A DNA stretch of 64,000 nucleotides. Source: Podarcis pityusensis (taxonomy: Eukaryota). The position numbers were made by a program, and so were the translations under genes. The notes under the pieces are model-generated. The model did not search any database. It was not told the origin of the DNA and saw only the letters and a list, made by a program, of their open reading frames with translations. Shown here piece by piece: positions 45,701 to 56,930 of this stretch (its first letter is position 1; each line of letters begins with the position of its first letter). The stretch is from the NCBI GenBank assembly GCA_964106645.2, contig OZ067046.1; one strand, given 5' to 3'.

Positions 45701-48700
45701 ATCTGTATTATGCATGGAATGTAAGAATCGCAGCTATTATACTTTATATCCATATCATCTGAATGTGTACTTTTGCTAGCCTTACCAAAAAATAATAAAA
45801 AAGTATAAGTCAGGCTTCCTCAACCTCGGCCCTCTAGATGTTTTGAGACTACAATTCCCATCGTCCCTGACTACTGGTCCTGCTAGCTAGGGATCATGGG
45901 AGTTGCAGGCCATAAACATCTGGAGGGCCGAGTTTGAAGAAGCCTGGTTTAAATGGATTCTAAACACAAATGAAAACGCAGGTTCTGATCCAGTCACACG
46001 TTTTTTTACATATGATGAGAAGTAGCAGTACAATCCAGTGATTAATCAAAACAACCGTAAATATAGTCAGTGTCGAGGTCTGTGTGTTCTAAAGGAAACT
46101 GTACACTGTTAATATTGCTGCTTCAATTTCAAGCAGGAATTTATTCTGTGGAACAAGATGGGTGGGTGGAAGGACAAAACGAGGATCATGAAACACTCAA
46201 GAGTGGTTGGGAGTACATGCCCCTTCCTTACCTTTCCTGTCTGGCTTGAGGTTCCTATCCACTGGTGGTGGTTCACATTCAGCAACAGGCACAGGCCGCC
46301 TGGGAGGGGTCTTGGGACTCGACCTAAACCCCATGTGTGCTGGCGGAGGGACTTGCATTCCAAAGAGGGAAAAGTCAAAAGTGCCAGGAGTCATCGGCAC
46401 ATAGTTCGTCATTTCCTGGAAAGGTTCAGTAAAACTGCTAGAATGCTGCCGCGGGGGAGAGTTTGGGTTCATGGGGACATAGTTTTCATCCAATTCTTCA
46501 CTTGAAACGCTTCCCACAGTCAATAGGCTTTTGTTTTTCTGGGAAACAAAAATGATTCCGAACAGCAAGAAATTAAACAACATTCTGAACAGGTGAACAG
46601 AAATTTAGCGTACATATATTGCACAACACCTGACCAGTCTCAAAACATTTGTGTGTCTTTTTTTCCCTTTTGCAGGTTCTATGGAATTGCTTCACCCCAT
46701 TTGCATTGTACAAGCTCCAGCCAGGATCTACATTTTGTCTCTATCTTGTAACTGACTGCCACACTCTACATGTTTTTAGTCAAGGAGGGGGGGTGATGTG
46801 AGCTTTGCAGCCTCCCGTGTTCTTAACCGCTATCCCCATCACTTACCTCCCCTCCCTCCCAAGGCTCAATTGCCTCCCCTGTTGTCTCACACAACACTAT
46901 GAACTAGCCTGCTTATCATATTAAGAACAAAACATTCTGTGTAGAAGGATTTCACAGCCCTGCCTCCATCCGTATCAGAGTATACATAAGCAGATATGCC
47001 TTGTGCTAATGTTGAAAATCAAAACATACTTACAAAGTGGTTATGAAAACCTTCCAATGAGCTTGATCTGTCATTTGGAAATGTCCGTGGAATAAAATAG
47101 CAATCTTGAGAACCCATATCTAAAGAAAGGGGAAGAAAGAAAGCATTGTTTTCCCTCCTTTTTACACCTGGTGGCATAACACACACCATTAGCTGCAAAT
47201 AGCACAAGGGGGGAAATTTCCTGGATGCTATCTTGCTGCTGTCTATGTCTGGTTATGCAGTCTGAATGCAAGGCACTGCCAGTCCTAAAATCTGGAAGTG
47301 ACAAAAGCACCCAGACCACATGAAGGAGAAGAAATTGAGGAGAAATTTTAAAAAGAGGGAGATCTTACAATAGAGTATGTATTAAAAAAAACCTAGAAAG
47401 CAAATAACTGTTGTAATAGTATTACATTTTTTACCACCATTCACCGCAGATTACAGCAGGCTTTTTTTTTTTTAAGAAATAGAAATACCAGGATAGGCAA
47501 CATTTCACACACAACCATTCTGAAATGCACAGCCCAGCCCACAGTGATACAAAACTGAACATCTTCATTATGAAAAACCATGTTGACTAGTGATTGGTCA
47601 ATACATGTGTGTCTTATTGGACAACATATGGAAACCTCCCCTTACTCTCTCCTGGCCCCATTTCTTCACAGGTGACTCTGCCTGCCTCCCACCCACCCTA
47701 CTTTACATTGCTAACAATTGTTCTATGTGTCGCCTTCTGGCTTCCCCTTGTTCCCCTTCTTAATTCTTTAAACTCACTTTTCACCCCTGGCATTCTTAGC
47801 CCCATACCACTCCCACAGTTTGTCTTTGTCCATTGTCTGAATATTTATCCAGAATCTGAATTTTACACAAAACCACACCAAGTAAATTTTAATTAAAACC
47901 TTAATTGCTTCAGAAAGCCAGGCCATCGCCGAAGCTCTCAAGCGCCTTTATAGAGCTGGGAAATGGTTGAGGGCATCCATATGTGTTATTTATAAGGTGC
48001 GATCCTTGCACATGGTACTTTGCAAATCACACAGCAAACTCTTTGGAGTAGATTATTAAACTGGATAAAGACAAGGAAAATGCAAGGCAAGCAGAAAAGA
48101 AGGGAAAATGTAAGAGCTATATATAATGAGTTACGGGTGTGCCATTAGAAAACTTCAGTTTATATAAGGTTGGGAAAGTTTATTTTAAAATTGTGGAGGC
48201 CATCTTATTAGGTACCTGTGATTGATTCCAGACATCCACAAAGCATAATGTCAACTTCCACTAACTTCTGCAAACTCAGAAAATATTGTTTTAAAAAATC
48301 TGTTCAGGTTTAGTACAAAGTAGATCAAGAGTTTTTGAGGTCTATCACGTCCACCAATTTTTTTTGAAACAGATCCTTTAAAAACAACAACAGGGAGCTA
48401 TAACAATAATCACAGTCTATATATCTTGAATTTCTTATAGAGTGTATCTTAGCAGTTAATGTAGCACATCTTTTATTTGTTTGTTGCATTTACATACCAC
48501 CTTTCCTTCCAAGGAGCTCAAGATGCTGTACATGGTTCTCCTCCTTCCCATTTTACCCTCACAACAACCCTGTGATGTAGGTTAGGCTGAGACACTGTGA
48601 CTGGCCCAAGGTCACTCTGTGAGCTTCATTGGCTGAGTGGGGATTCGAACCTTAGTCTCAGAGCTCATAGTCCAAAACTCTAACCATTACACCACACAGA

Positions 48701-51700
48701 CACATCATACATCAGCATATTTGTAACATGAATTCAGAGTTGCACTGTCTTGATTCTTGCACAAAGAAATTTCTGCTCACAGGTTCCTGCTTCTCAGCTC
48801 CCAAACAATCCCCTATATTTAAGATCTTCACTGATTTACAAGGAAGGTGAAGTAATTACCTATATGAAAAGTTTTCCCTGGCTGGAAATCATCTTTGTAA
48901 AAAAATAAAAATGAATTTCTGGTGATTCTGATTAAGTAAGAAAGGGAAAGGGAAAGGATTCCTGGATGATTAAGTCCAGTCAAAAGTGACTATGGCATGT
49001 GGTGCTCATCTCGTTTCAGGCCGAGGGAGTCGGCGTTTGTCCATAGATAGCTTTCCGGGTCATGTGGCCAGCATGACTAAACTGCTTCTGGTGCAACGGG
49101 ACACTGTGACAGAAACCAGAGAGCACGGAAATGCCATTTACCTTCCTGCCGCAGCAGTACCTATTTATCTACTTGCACTGGTGTGCTCTCGAACTGCTAG
49201 GTTGGCAGAAGCTGGGACAAAGTTATGGGAGCTCACTCCATTGTGCAGATTCGAACCGCCAACCTTCTGATTGGCAAGCCGAAGAGACTCAGTGGTTTAG
49301 ACCACAATGCTGCCCACTCCCTCCACATTAAGTAAGCCAGTGTGGTGTAGGGGTTCGAATGTTGGACTAGGAACTGAGAAATTAGGGTTCAAATCCTCAC
49401 TCAGCCATGAAGCTCCCAGAGTGACCTTGGGCTAGTCACTGCCTCTCAGCCTAACCTACCTCACAGGGTTGTTGTGGGGATTAAATGAGGAGGGAAAGAA
49501 CAATGCACACCACCTTGAACTCCTTAGAAAAAAGGTGGGATCTGAATACAAACAAGCAAACACTTGGAAGCCAAAATGAGAGCTTTTGAGTCCACTTAAC
49601 TATCTGCCAAAGGAAAACATAGCCTGAGTCAACAGGCCTCAACCATTGCAAAGCAATCTCAGAGGTAATTTGCAATGGAGAAAAGAATCCTGCAAGTAGC
49701 TTTTCTCCTAGAATATCCCTGCTTCCAGCTGTTTTTTTTCGCTGCAGAGTTCAAAGCCTGTATTTTCAAGATAAACCCAGGTCTGGAACACTGCAAAGTG
49801 TATAAGCAGCTGGGGAAGCACCAGGGAGAAAGCAACTAGTAATGGAAAAGTTAAATACACCTTTCCTGTATTTAGAGAATATTGAGAATCAGTATGTGGG
49901 AACTGAGGTGTGATTTCTTACAGCTGAAGTGTAATGTGTAGTTTCCCCCCAAGAACCAAGATTTCCAGGGCAGATCTTGCTCTTTTTTTAGAGAGGCTGA
50001 ATTTTGGGAGCACCGCAAGGAAGATTTGTGTTAAAGCATAGCCAGATGGAAGAACACTAACCTTTACGAAATATATTCAAATCCATGGTGGAAATTGTGT
50101 TGCTGCGCGATGGGGGCATTCCACCAGTAGGGATGCAGTAGCTGCTATCAGTGTCTGAGGAAGTGCGGGAGATATTGCACACCTCCACAGGTGAGCGGTC
50201 TGAAGGATGGTGAGGTTTCGGCGGCCGAGGTGGAGGGACATCTGGAATAGTCTCTAGCTTCGAACTCTGAGCCAATGTTCCTTCTGGGAAAGTTCGTGGA
50301 ATCTGGTACGTACTTCCAGGTGTTGGGGGAATGTCATAACTAATGGAGAAAGCCTTCAGTTGTGCATCAAGAGAAGATGCTGCAGATGGAACACTGAAAA
50401 CATGTTGCTCTCCATCTGCATCAGTCCCAGAAGGAGATGGCTTCGGTAAAACATCATGCGAATAGCTCCTTGGCAAATTATAAAGGCTGCCATCCACAGA
50501 TACAGAGGCAGCTCTCGGCGGGGGAGAGTCATAGACACTTTGCTGTTGAAAAAACCCATTCACTGCATGCTTGTTCAGCGACTGTACAGATGTTTTATGG
50601 GAAGGCACATTATCATTGCAGTCTGTTTCTGAAGAGGCAGTTTTTGCTGAGTCAGACTGTGACCTAAATGCAAGATTTTTTTAAAAAAGAAAATAATTTC
50701 TTGGCACATCCCAAGTTTATTACAGGAACTTTTGCACATTTTGCAAAATAATCAGCTGAAAACAGTGAATCACAACTGTAAACTATAACTAATAGTTTGA
50801 TTTTATGTGAATCACATTCATGCACCTATAACATATGGACTCTTTATACTAGAAGGGGAAGTTTCTTATTGTGTTAAAAAGGGTGAAATCACAAAGGCTG
50901 CATATGCATACATGTCGATCTCATTCTAATGTTTGGATCCAAAGAATAGCTACACAACGATCCTCTATATTTCTGCACTGTACACTGCTAAAGTCTCAGT
51001 TCCTATCTGTCTTGTAGATTTCGGGTGGGAAGGGTATTACAAGGGTAGTTGGGGTGAAGGGCCAAAAATCACACAAGTTGAAAATAAATCAGGTGACCAT
51101 TTCCTCAATTAATATTTGCAAAGCTGATTACAGTCAAAATGTGAGGATAATTTGGAACATGTTGGTTAAGTCTTAAATTCACCACCCTGGGCTCCTTTGG
51201 GATAAAGGGCGGGATATAAATTGAATAGATAAATAAATGTTAGGTACTATTTTTAGTCACAATATCCACCCTAAATAACTGAACAAGATTATTATTTTTC
51301 AGTTTTGAAGTATACTCATCAGTCATTTCAACCGTGAGATTTTCAATTTCAGTTTGAGAGCTTCAGTTTCATCCTTTTTACTTAAATACTGTTTGTTTTT
51401 AAAAGCAAGCAAGCTTGGTGCTATAATAAGGTGAAACCCTGTTAAGATGAGACAGGAACTGAGACGATTTGCAAATTGTAGCCTGCTGCTACATGCAGTA
51501 TTGATTGCATTTTGTGGCCATTCATAAAACCACTATATAACACATAGAGAGAAGATGTTTATGTTCTAAAATCAGCAAACCTATCTTGCTCACATAGCAG
51601 GGAATTAAAAGTGAAAAAGCCTGTATACTTAAAGGAGGCTGAGGCATGAAATGCTTGAATTTGTTAACCCAGGGCTGCATTGGCACATCACAGGAATGCT

Positions 51701-52342
51701 AACTCTTGGCACTACAAGAGTTGGTGGACTACAACTTACACCATCCTTTAATGAGGCCATGCTGGTTGGAGCTGATAAGAGCTAGGAGTCCAATGACATC
51801 AGGAGGGTCACAGGTTAGCCAGCCATGCAGTGTACCATACTTAATGTTTCCCCTCAAACATATGGCTGGGCTCCTGCTTCACTCTTCCCCTCGTATGATG
51901 AGCATCACCTCCTCCCTGGAGCTCAACCACGCCCCCTGGGTTAGTGTTACTTCCAAACTAGGAATTGTGATTTGCTTCATTCCAAACGAACCGTGATGTG
52001 GAGCCAAGGCTTTTTAATTGGCTTAGCAATCATAATTGGTTTGGCACAGAAAAACCACAGTCCCCATGTGGAAGTAACATTAAGCCAGGGGTCGTGTTTC
52101 TCTGACATGCTAATGGGGAGGAGCAATATGCAAGCCACCTCAAAGCCCACAGTGGAGCATTAACTACAGTTTACTATGACATGCTAACTGGCAAGGTATG
52201 AATAGCATAGCTACCTGTCATTTGGGGCTGGACTGGGAATGCAACTGTTGGATTTTTGTCGGGGGAAAGAAAAAAGAGCAGAATACAAAGAATGCAGGGC
52301 AGCCACAGCAGTCTTCAGTTATGTGTAGTAATAAAATAAATA

Positions 52343-52374
<32 letters not shown>

Positions 52375-55300
52375 CCTGCTCATCTGACTGGGTTGCCCCA
52401 GCCACTCTGGGCAGTTTCCAACATAATATACAAAAACACCTCCAAGGATTCTTCTCTGAATCATTTTTAAAAGCACCCCCCCCCCAAAAAAAATGCCCAC
52501 AAAAGCACAAACAGCTTTGCACACTGAAACACAATCCTTTTTGTATGCTTGGATCCTCCAGGTGGTTATTATTTGCATTGCTTATTAAAATTCCACAGCA
52601 CAACGTGCAACACACGCACACTGAAATTGATTCAAGCAAGTTATAGCTTTGAGGTTAAAGTCTAAACACAAGATCCCAAACAATTCACATTACACTCACT
52701 GCAAGGGAATCTTTTTACTTTCAAAATCCTCCAGCAGTAAATACTCCTCCCCTTCTTCCGAGATTATGTATGAACTGGTTTACAAGTGCGTGATAAAAAT
52801 TGAGAGAGGTCAGCAACACAAACTATTTTGAACAAAAAGCAGCCTAGTTCTTGGAAAAATCATGGATAAAATTCATTGCTTTTTTCCAAAAAGTGTACCG
52901 ATGTTAAGATAGGCAAGTAATCTGAAGGTATGTAGCACCTTGACCATGGTGTGCCATAGGGAGTAAATTAAATGCACAATAAACCCACTGAAATAAATGG
53001 GTTTACATATGCACTTATCCATTTGTCAGACAGGGGCCATGTTTTCTGAGGGGTTTTTAAAGGACCAAATAACATAGTAAAATCAATACATTGTCACTGT
53101 CAATGGTTAGATGGCAACATTAAGTCTGTCCAAGACTGATGAGCATCAAATGCCATTGCAAGTGGAGGAGACAGGCTTTTGCAAGACATGTTCAAACTGC
53201 AACAGCAGCAGCCAATGTCGGATTTGTCACCATTAGCACTTTTATGAGGGAGGAAGTTAACATTTACCTTGTGGGTTCAGGCTTCTTGCTCTGACAGTTA
53301 ATTAGTAACAGGTAGTCTTGTGGATCTTCTTGACTTGAGGCAGACTCTGATGGTGGGATGTTAATTAGCTGGTATGGAGGAGGTAGGGATGGTTCTGCTT
53401 GCACAGATGGCAGGGAAGTGTTGACAGCCGAGGGCAATTCGGCAGGCGCCTGTAGAGAACTGCCAGGTAGCTTCACAGCATCTACAAATGCAAAAAGCAT
53501 GCAGCAGCATTCAATCCTTGCTTAATTGCATTTAAGTCTCTTTAAATCAGAGCCAAGCCCAACTGAAGCCTTTGAAAAATCAATTAATCATGAGATGCTC
53601 AGTCAATTAATGTGATTTGCATTTGAATAAATGCCACATTACTAACGGGGGGGGGGGGCAAATGACATTACAAGCCTGTAATGTAGCCTGCTGTTACTAT
53701 CCCCATACTGGGGTGGATGCAACAAGTGCCCTATGTTGGAAGGAGTGGTGGCCTGTTCCTTGAAACACCCCTTTTCCTGCCAGTGGGTTGATCCAAAGCT
53801 CCATTTAAAGCAAGAGCACGCCATGGCTAGCCAAGCCATGTAAGCACCCCACTTTCAATGGTCTCTCCTGTCAGAAATTCAGGCCAGTTGGGGGAAATGT
53901 GTATGCCCTACTCATCATCTTGCCAGCTTCACTAGGCAGCTGCTTCTTTCTTCCACTCTTCTTCTTGCCAGTTGGGAGAAGAGTCTAATCCTGTTTTAAA
54001 GCAGTGTAAATTGGTGGCCATCAGCACATCTTGTGGTAATAAATTCCATAGTTTAACTACCTGCCTTGTGCTGGGGGATACAGATTACCTGTCTTGAGGT
54101 GAGAACAGCTAGACCCAACCACTATCATGGGTTGTGTATGACTTCTTACTGTTTCAAATGTGTCCTTTGGTGAATCTGCACGCTAAATTCTAACATCAGA
54201 AAGCCACAGCAAATAACCCCCAAAGACCTCTCAGAATAGCAAAATATTCATTTCTCTCCCTGTACTTAGTTGTCACCAACAACAATATAAGATATGCGTG
54301 CTTCTTAAACACCCCCTATGTTGGTGTAGCACACTGTACAATACACATAAACTGGATCTTTCCCAATATCCAGCTTTACATATGAGCAGAAAATTACCAC
54401 CAACCTTTTGGGAAATAATAAATACTTTAAAGGCAGAGTGAACATGTTTTAGATACCAGCTCCACCCCTCCACAATGATAAGACCTTAAGCAATGTCAGA
54501 TTCAGACACAGAGATGGAGGCACACTTCACAGAACATGGGAAGAGGCAATGGAAAGTGATGAATCAGCTACAAACAAAATTGTCTTGCAGTGATTGTCTT
54601 GCACTGCAACTCTTTTTCAGGAATGAGTCACTTAGGACATCTGTACAGAAGCAAAACAATCCGACTGCACTTCAAATTGATACCAAGTAGAAAATATGCA
54701 GATACAATGGCAATGGACGTTAAGTGATTAGCTTACAAAGGAGCATGGGACAAAAGGAGTTTTGTCTGCAAGCTGTAAACCATGCAAATTCAGAGCACAT
54801 CATCCAAAGCAGGGAGTACATCTGAATCACATGCATCTATTTTGATTAAAAGCCCACACATTATTTTGTACAACATTGTGAACATTTGTACAGGCAACTT
54901 CCTACACCTCTTTTATCCTACATTCAATATCACTTTGTATCCTGTACAAAGGATACAATAATAAAGAGGCAGAGTCTACACACGCAGTGAACTAGGGGTA
55001 GGAATGAGGTGGCAGAACGGACTCTACTGCCTCAAGACATGTGTGGATGATGCCAGTTTCAAATGCTCCTCCACAATGAAAATGTGTGTTCATAGGATCT
55101 TTCAAAACAATCACATTAATGCTGTTTGAATCCTTCAGCAAGATCTGAACATCTAAAAATTGCATGTTCGCTTCTCAGATTTTTAGATGTGCAAATCTAT
55201 CTCTTGCTGAAGGATTCAAACAGCATTTCTTGCCTTTTTTGCAGAAACCTTACAAAAATCAGGACACAATTTTGAAAAGCCTTCTTCGCATTTCAGAATC

Positions 55301-56930
55301 ATACTAGGAAGACTTGGGCTAAAATCTCACCTTAACCACAGTATAGTTGCAAGGTCTTGGGCAAGATGTTGACTTGGTGTGGATGCATGGGCTCCTGGAA
55401 ATCAGCTGACAGGTGCTTTGTGCCTCCCTTTTTGCTGCCTGTGGCCATTTGACCTAAGCCAAGGCTTGACTTAATGTGTTGTACAAACCGGAACTCATGG
55501 TTAAGCTCTGTCCTCACTAACCACGAGCTATAGCCAAGACTTGTTCCTGGTCACACCTTGTGGTTAGTCTGGAGAGAGCATAACCATAAGTCCCACTTCA
55601 GAGGACTTGGGGAGCATATGCATTTGTCCTAAGCCAAGGTTTAATGTGACAAGTGAACCAGGAGCCATATCCAACACTGTAGCTCCATACATGCACTGGA
55701 GCGTATTTTTCCTCTCCTCTCCCCTCCAGCTCCCCACAGGTCTTTAAAATTAGCTCCAGAGGACACACCAGAGCAGATTTTAAGGGAACATAGGAGAAGA
55801 AGGGGAAACAGAAGTCCCAGTGCACCAGCAGAACCCTTCTATCTTAGCTTCCAAGCATTAATGGTGAAATGAGGGCAATGCGACATCTTGGAGACATTGA
55901 TGGTGCGTTAACACAAGTCAGCTAGACATTCTTCATGTTAAAAGTGCCATTACATTGTCCAAGACATGCTGGGAAAGTCAGAATAGTCAGTGAATAAATT
56001 CTATTTTGTGTCTATGAACGAATAAGCAGGGGGTAGCCATTGAGATCCTTGGGGAATTTTGCAATGGTAGGTAACAAATACTAAGTCAGGTTTCATTAAT
56101 TATTATTATTTTATTGCTGTGTACTAAAAGATCTGCTTTTCTGTGGCCACTGTTCCACTTAACCACAGTCTGGCAAGTCAACCCCACTGCTCAAGCTGCA
56201 ATCAAGCTTTAGCTGTTCAGCTAGCTTATTACAACCACAAATATATATGTTTAAATCTACAGCCAGACAAATTATAAAAACTCGTAACTAGCCACTATGC
56301 AAATACTGTCCTAAAAATATTCAAGCCTATAAAACCAAATACAGAACCTTTCTCTTTTGCTTCCAAAAAGGCAATGCCTTCCAGAGAAACATACAAAAAT
56401 GTGGCTCTATATAGTGTAAAGAATTCAAAACACAACTCTTCAGTTGTTGACTGTGTCTACATGATGACCCAATATTTGCAAACTTCCAAACACTGTGCAG
56501 TTTTTTAAAACAAGCAAACACAGCACAGCAGACATCTGCACTGCCTTGCAATTGTCTCATAGAGTGCTTTGGGGTTCCTAGGGGAAAAGAATACAAATTA
56601 AATGGTGGGAGGGGGAACCAAGGGGGGAATCCTACCTTCTTCAGTAGCGTTGAACCCACAGATTTCACAAATACATTGAACCCACTTATTCATCTCCTCT
56701 TCACTGTCGGCAACCAAGTAGAAGACTCTGTCTATTGTGTTGATGTCAAAAATATAGCTGTTTTCAAATTCTTTTTTGTTAAATGTCAATCCAGCATCCA
56801 CTTGTTGACACAAGTTCAAGTCAATGATACGAATTGGTTTCTTGGCATGGTCATTTTTGTAGTATTCCAACACATCTGGATCCCCTGTCAGTCGACCACT
56901 GCGGAGCACAAACCATCTCCTCTTCCACGC
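33610..56930 (-). CDS. GAB1: GAB1 (GRB2-associated binder 1), exons 2-11; 5'-partial because exon 1 is outside the window
   Basis: PH domain, PPPRPPKP and [12 protein letters not shown]2-SH3 sites, three YVPM p85 sites, MET-binding segment [16 protein letters not shown]2 tandem motif YLDL...YVVV; exons join in frame. Confidence 0.98.
34296..34455. mobile_element. Palindromic hAT-type MITE with a duplicated left end
   Basis: AGGGTTTCCCAAA...TTTGGGAAACCCT; core ACTACAACTCCCATCATCCCTAGCTAGCAGGACCAG shared with 45527 and 45811. Confidence 0.8.
35046..35165 (-). CDS. GAB1: GAB1 exon 10 (120 nt)
   Basis: [40 protein letters not shown]. Confidence 0.96.
35500..36170 (-). mobile_element. L2-like LINE 3' fragment with a (TATC)n microsatellite at about 35634-35663
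   Basis: Peptides [28 protein letters not shown] and [16 protein letters not shown]. Confidence 0.8.
36311..36434 (-). CDS. GAB1: GAB1 exon 9 (124 nt)
   Basis: [15 protein letters not shown]...[16 protein letters not shown]. Confidence 0.96.
37022..37115 (-). CDS. GAB1: GAB1 exon 8 (94 nt)
   Basis: [30 protein letters not shown]. Confidence 0.96.
38703..38951. mobile_element. Tc1/mariner (Tigger-like) MITE
   Basis: TIR CAGTCGT(A/G)CCTTGG, TA on both flanks. Confidence 0.85.
38999..39258. mobile_element. Tc1/mariner (Tigger-like) MITE, CpG-rich
   Basis: TA-CAGTCATACCTC...GAGGTACCACTG-TA. Confidence 0.85.
40503..40592 (-). CDS. GAB1: GAB1 exon 7 (90-nt cassette exon of the long isoform)
   Basis: [30 protein letters not shown]; phase 1 at both ends. 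Confidence 0.93.
40890..41160 (+). mobile_element. L2-like LINE fragment
   Basis: Degenerate peptide [26 protein letters not shown]. Confidence 0.7.
43333..43465. other. Assembly gap (133 N) in GAB1 intron 6
   Basis: Run of N. Confidence 1.
45527..45661. mobile_element. Palindromic hAT MITE
   Basis: TIR CAGGCTTCCT; 8-bp TSD TGCTAAGG / TACTAAGG. Confidence 0.88.
45811..45946. mobile_element. Palindromic hAT MITE, same family, opposite orientation
   Basis: CAGGCTTCCTCAACCTCGGCCCTC...GAGGGCCGAGTTTGAAGAAGCCTG; degenerate TSD (6/8). Confidence 0.85.
46232..46538 (-). CDS. GAB1: GAB1 exon 6 (307 nt; two YVPM sites, MET-binding segment)
   Basis: [23 protein letters not shown]...[12 protein letters not shown]. 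Confidence 0.97.
47034..47119 (-). CDS. GAB1: GAB1 exon 5 (86 nt)
   Basis: [28 protein letters not shown]. Confidence 0.96.
48473..48697 (-). mobile_element. tRNA-derived SINE (MIR/Squam3-like)
   Basis: CACAACAACCCTGTGA..GGCCCAAGGTCAC..GGATTCGAACC..ACCATTACACCAC. Confidence 0.8.
48941..49321 (-). mobile_element. Sauria SINE
   Basis: Reverse-complement similarity to 27438-27782 (GTACCTATTTATCTACTTGCACT..CGAACTGCTAGGTTGGCAG). Confidence 0.85.
49335..49560 (+). mobile_element. tRNA-derived SINE (MIR/Squam3-like)
   Basis: GTGTGGTGTAG A-box, GGTTCAAATCC B-box, CCTACCTCACAGGGTTGTTGTG core. Confidence 0.8.
50062..50663 (-). CDS. GAB1: GAB1 exon 4 (602 nt)
   Basis: [23 protein letters not shown]...[19 protein letters not shown]...NIFRK. 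Confidence 0.97.
52330..52440 (-). mobile_element. L2-like 3' tail with (AAT)n
   Basis: CATCTGACTGGGTTGCCCCAGCCACTCTGGGCAG, same tail as at 26060. Confidence 0.7.
52700..52774 (-). CDS. GAB1: GAB1 cassette exon between exons 3 and 4 (75 nt), probable striated-muscle isoform exon
   Basis: aaccag|...|gtgagt; phase 2 at both ends; stop-free: (S)[24 protein letters not shown](Q). Confidence 0.8.
53268..53481 (-). CDS. GAB1: GAB1 exon 3 (214 nt)
   Basis: [12 protein letters not shown]...[20 protein letters not shown]. Confidence 0.96.
55118..55227. repeat. Near-perfect inverted repeat (hairpin) in GAB1 intron 2
   Basis: 26-bp perfect outer arms plus inner arms matching 18/20; 18-nt loop. Confidence 0.95.
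56636..56930 (-). CDS. GAB1: GAB1 exon 2 (295 nt, PH domain)
   Basis: [25 protein letters not shown]...CGFNATEE. Confidence 0.97.

Noticed and set aside
47430-47465. Possible microexon in GAB1 intron 4
   Set aside because: The acceptor AG is preceded by a poly-A run rather than a pyrimidine tract
52649-52831. Plus-strand 60-aa ORF
   Set aside because: Antisense shadow of the GAB1 cassette exon
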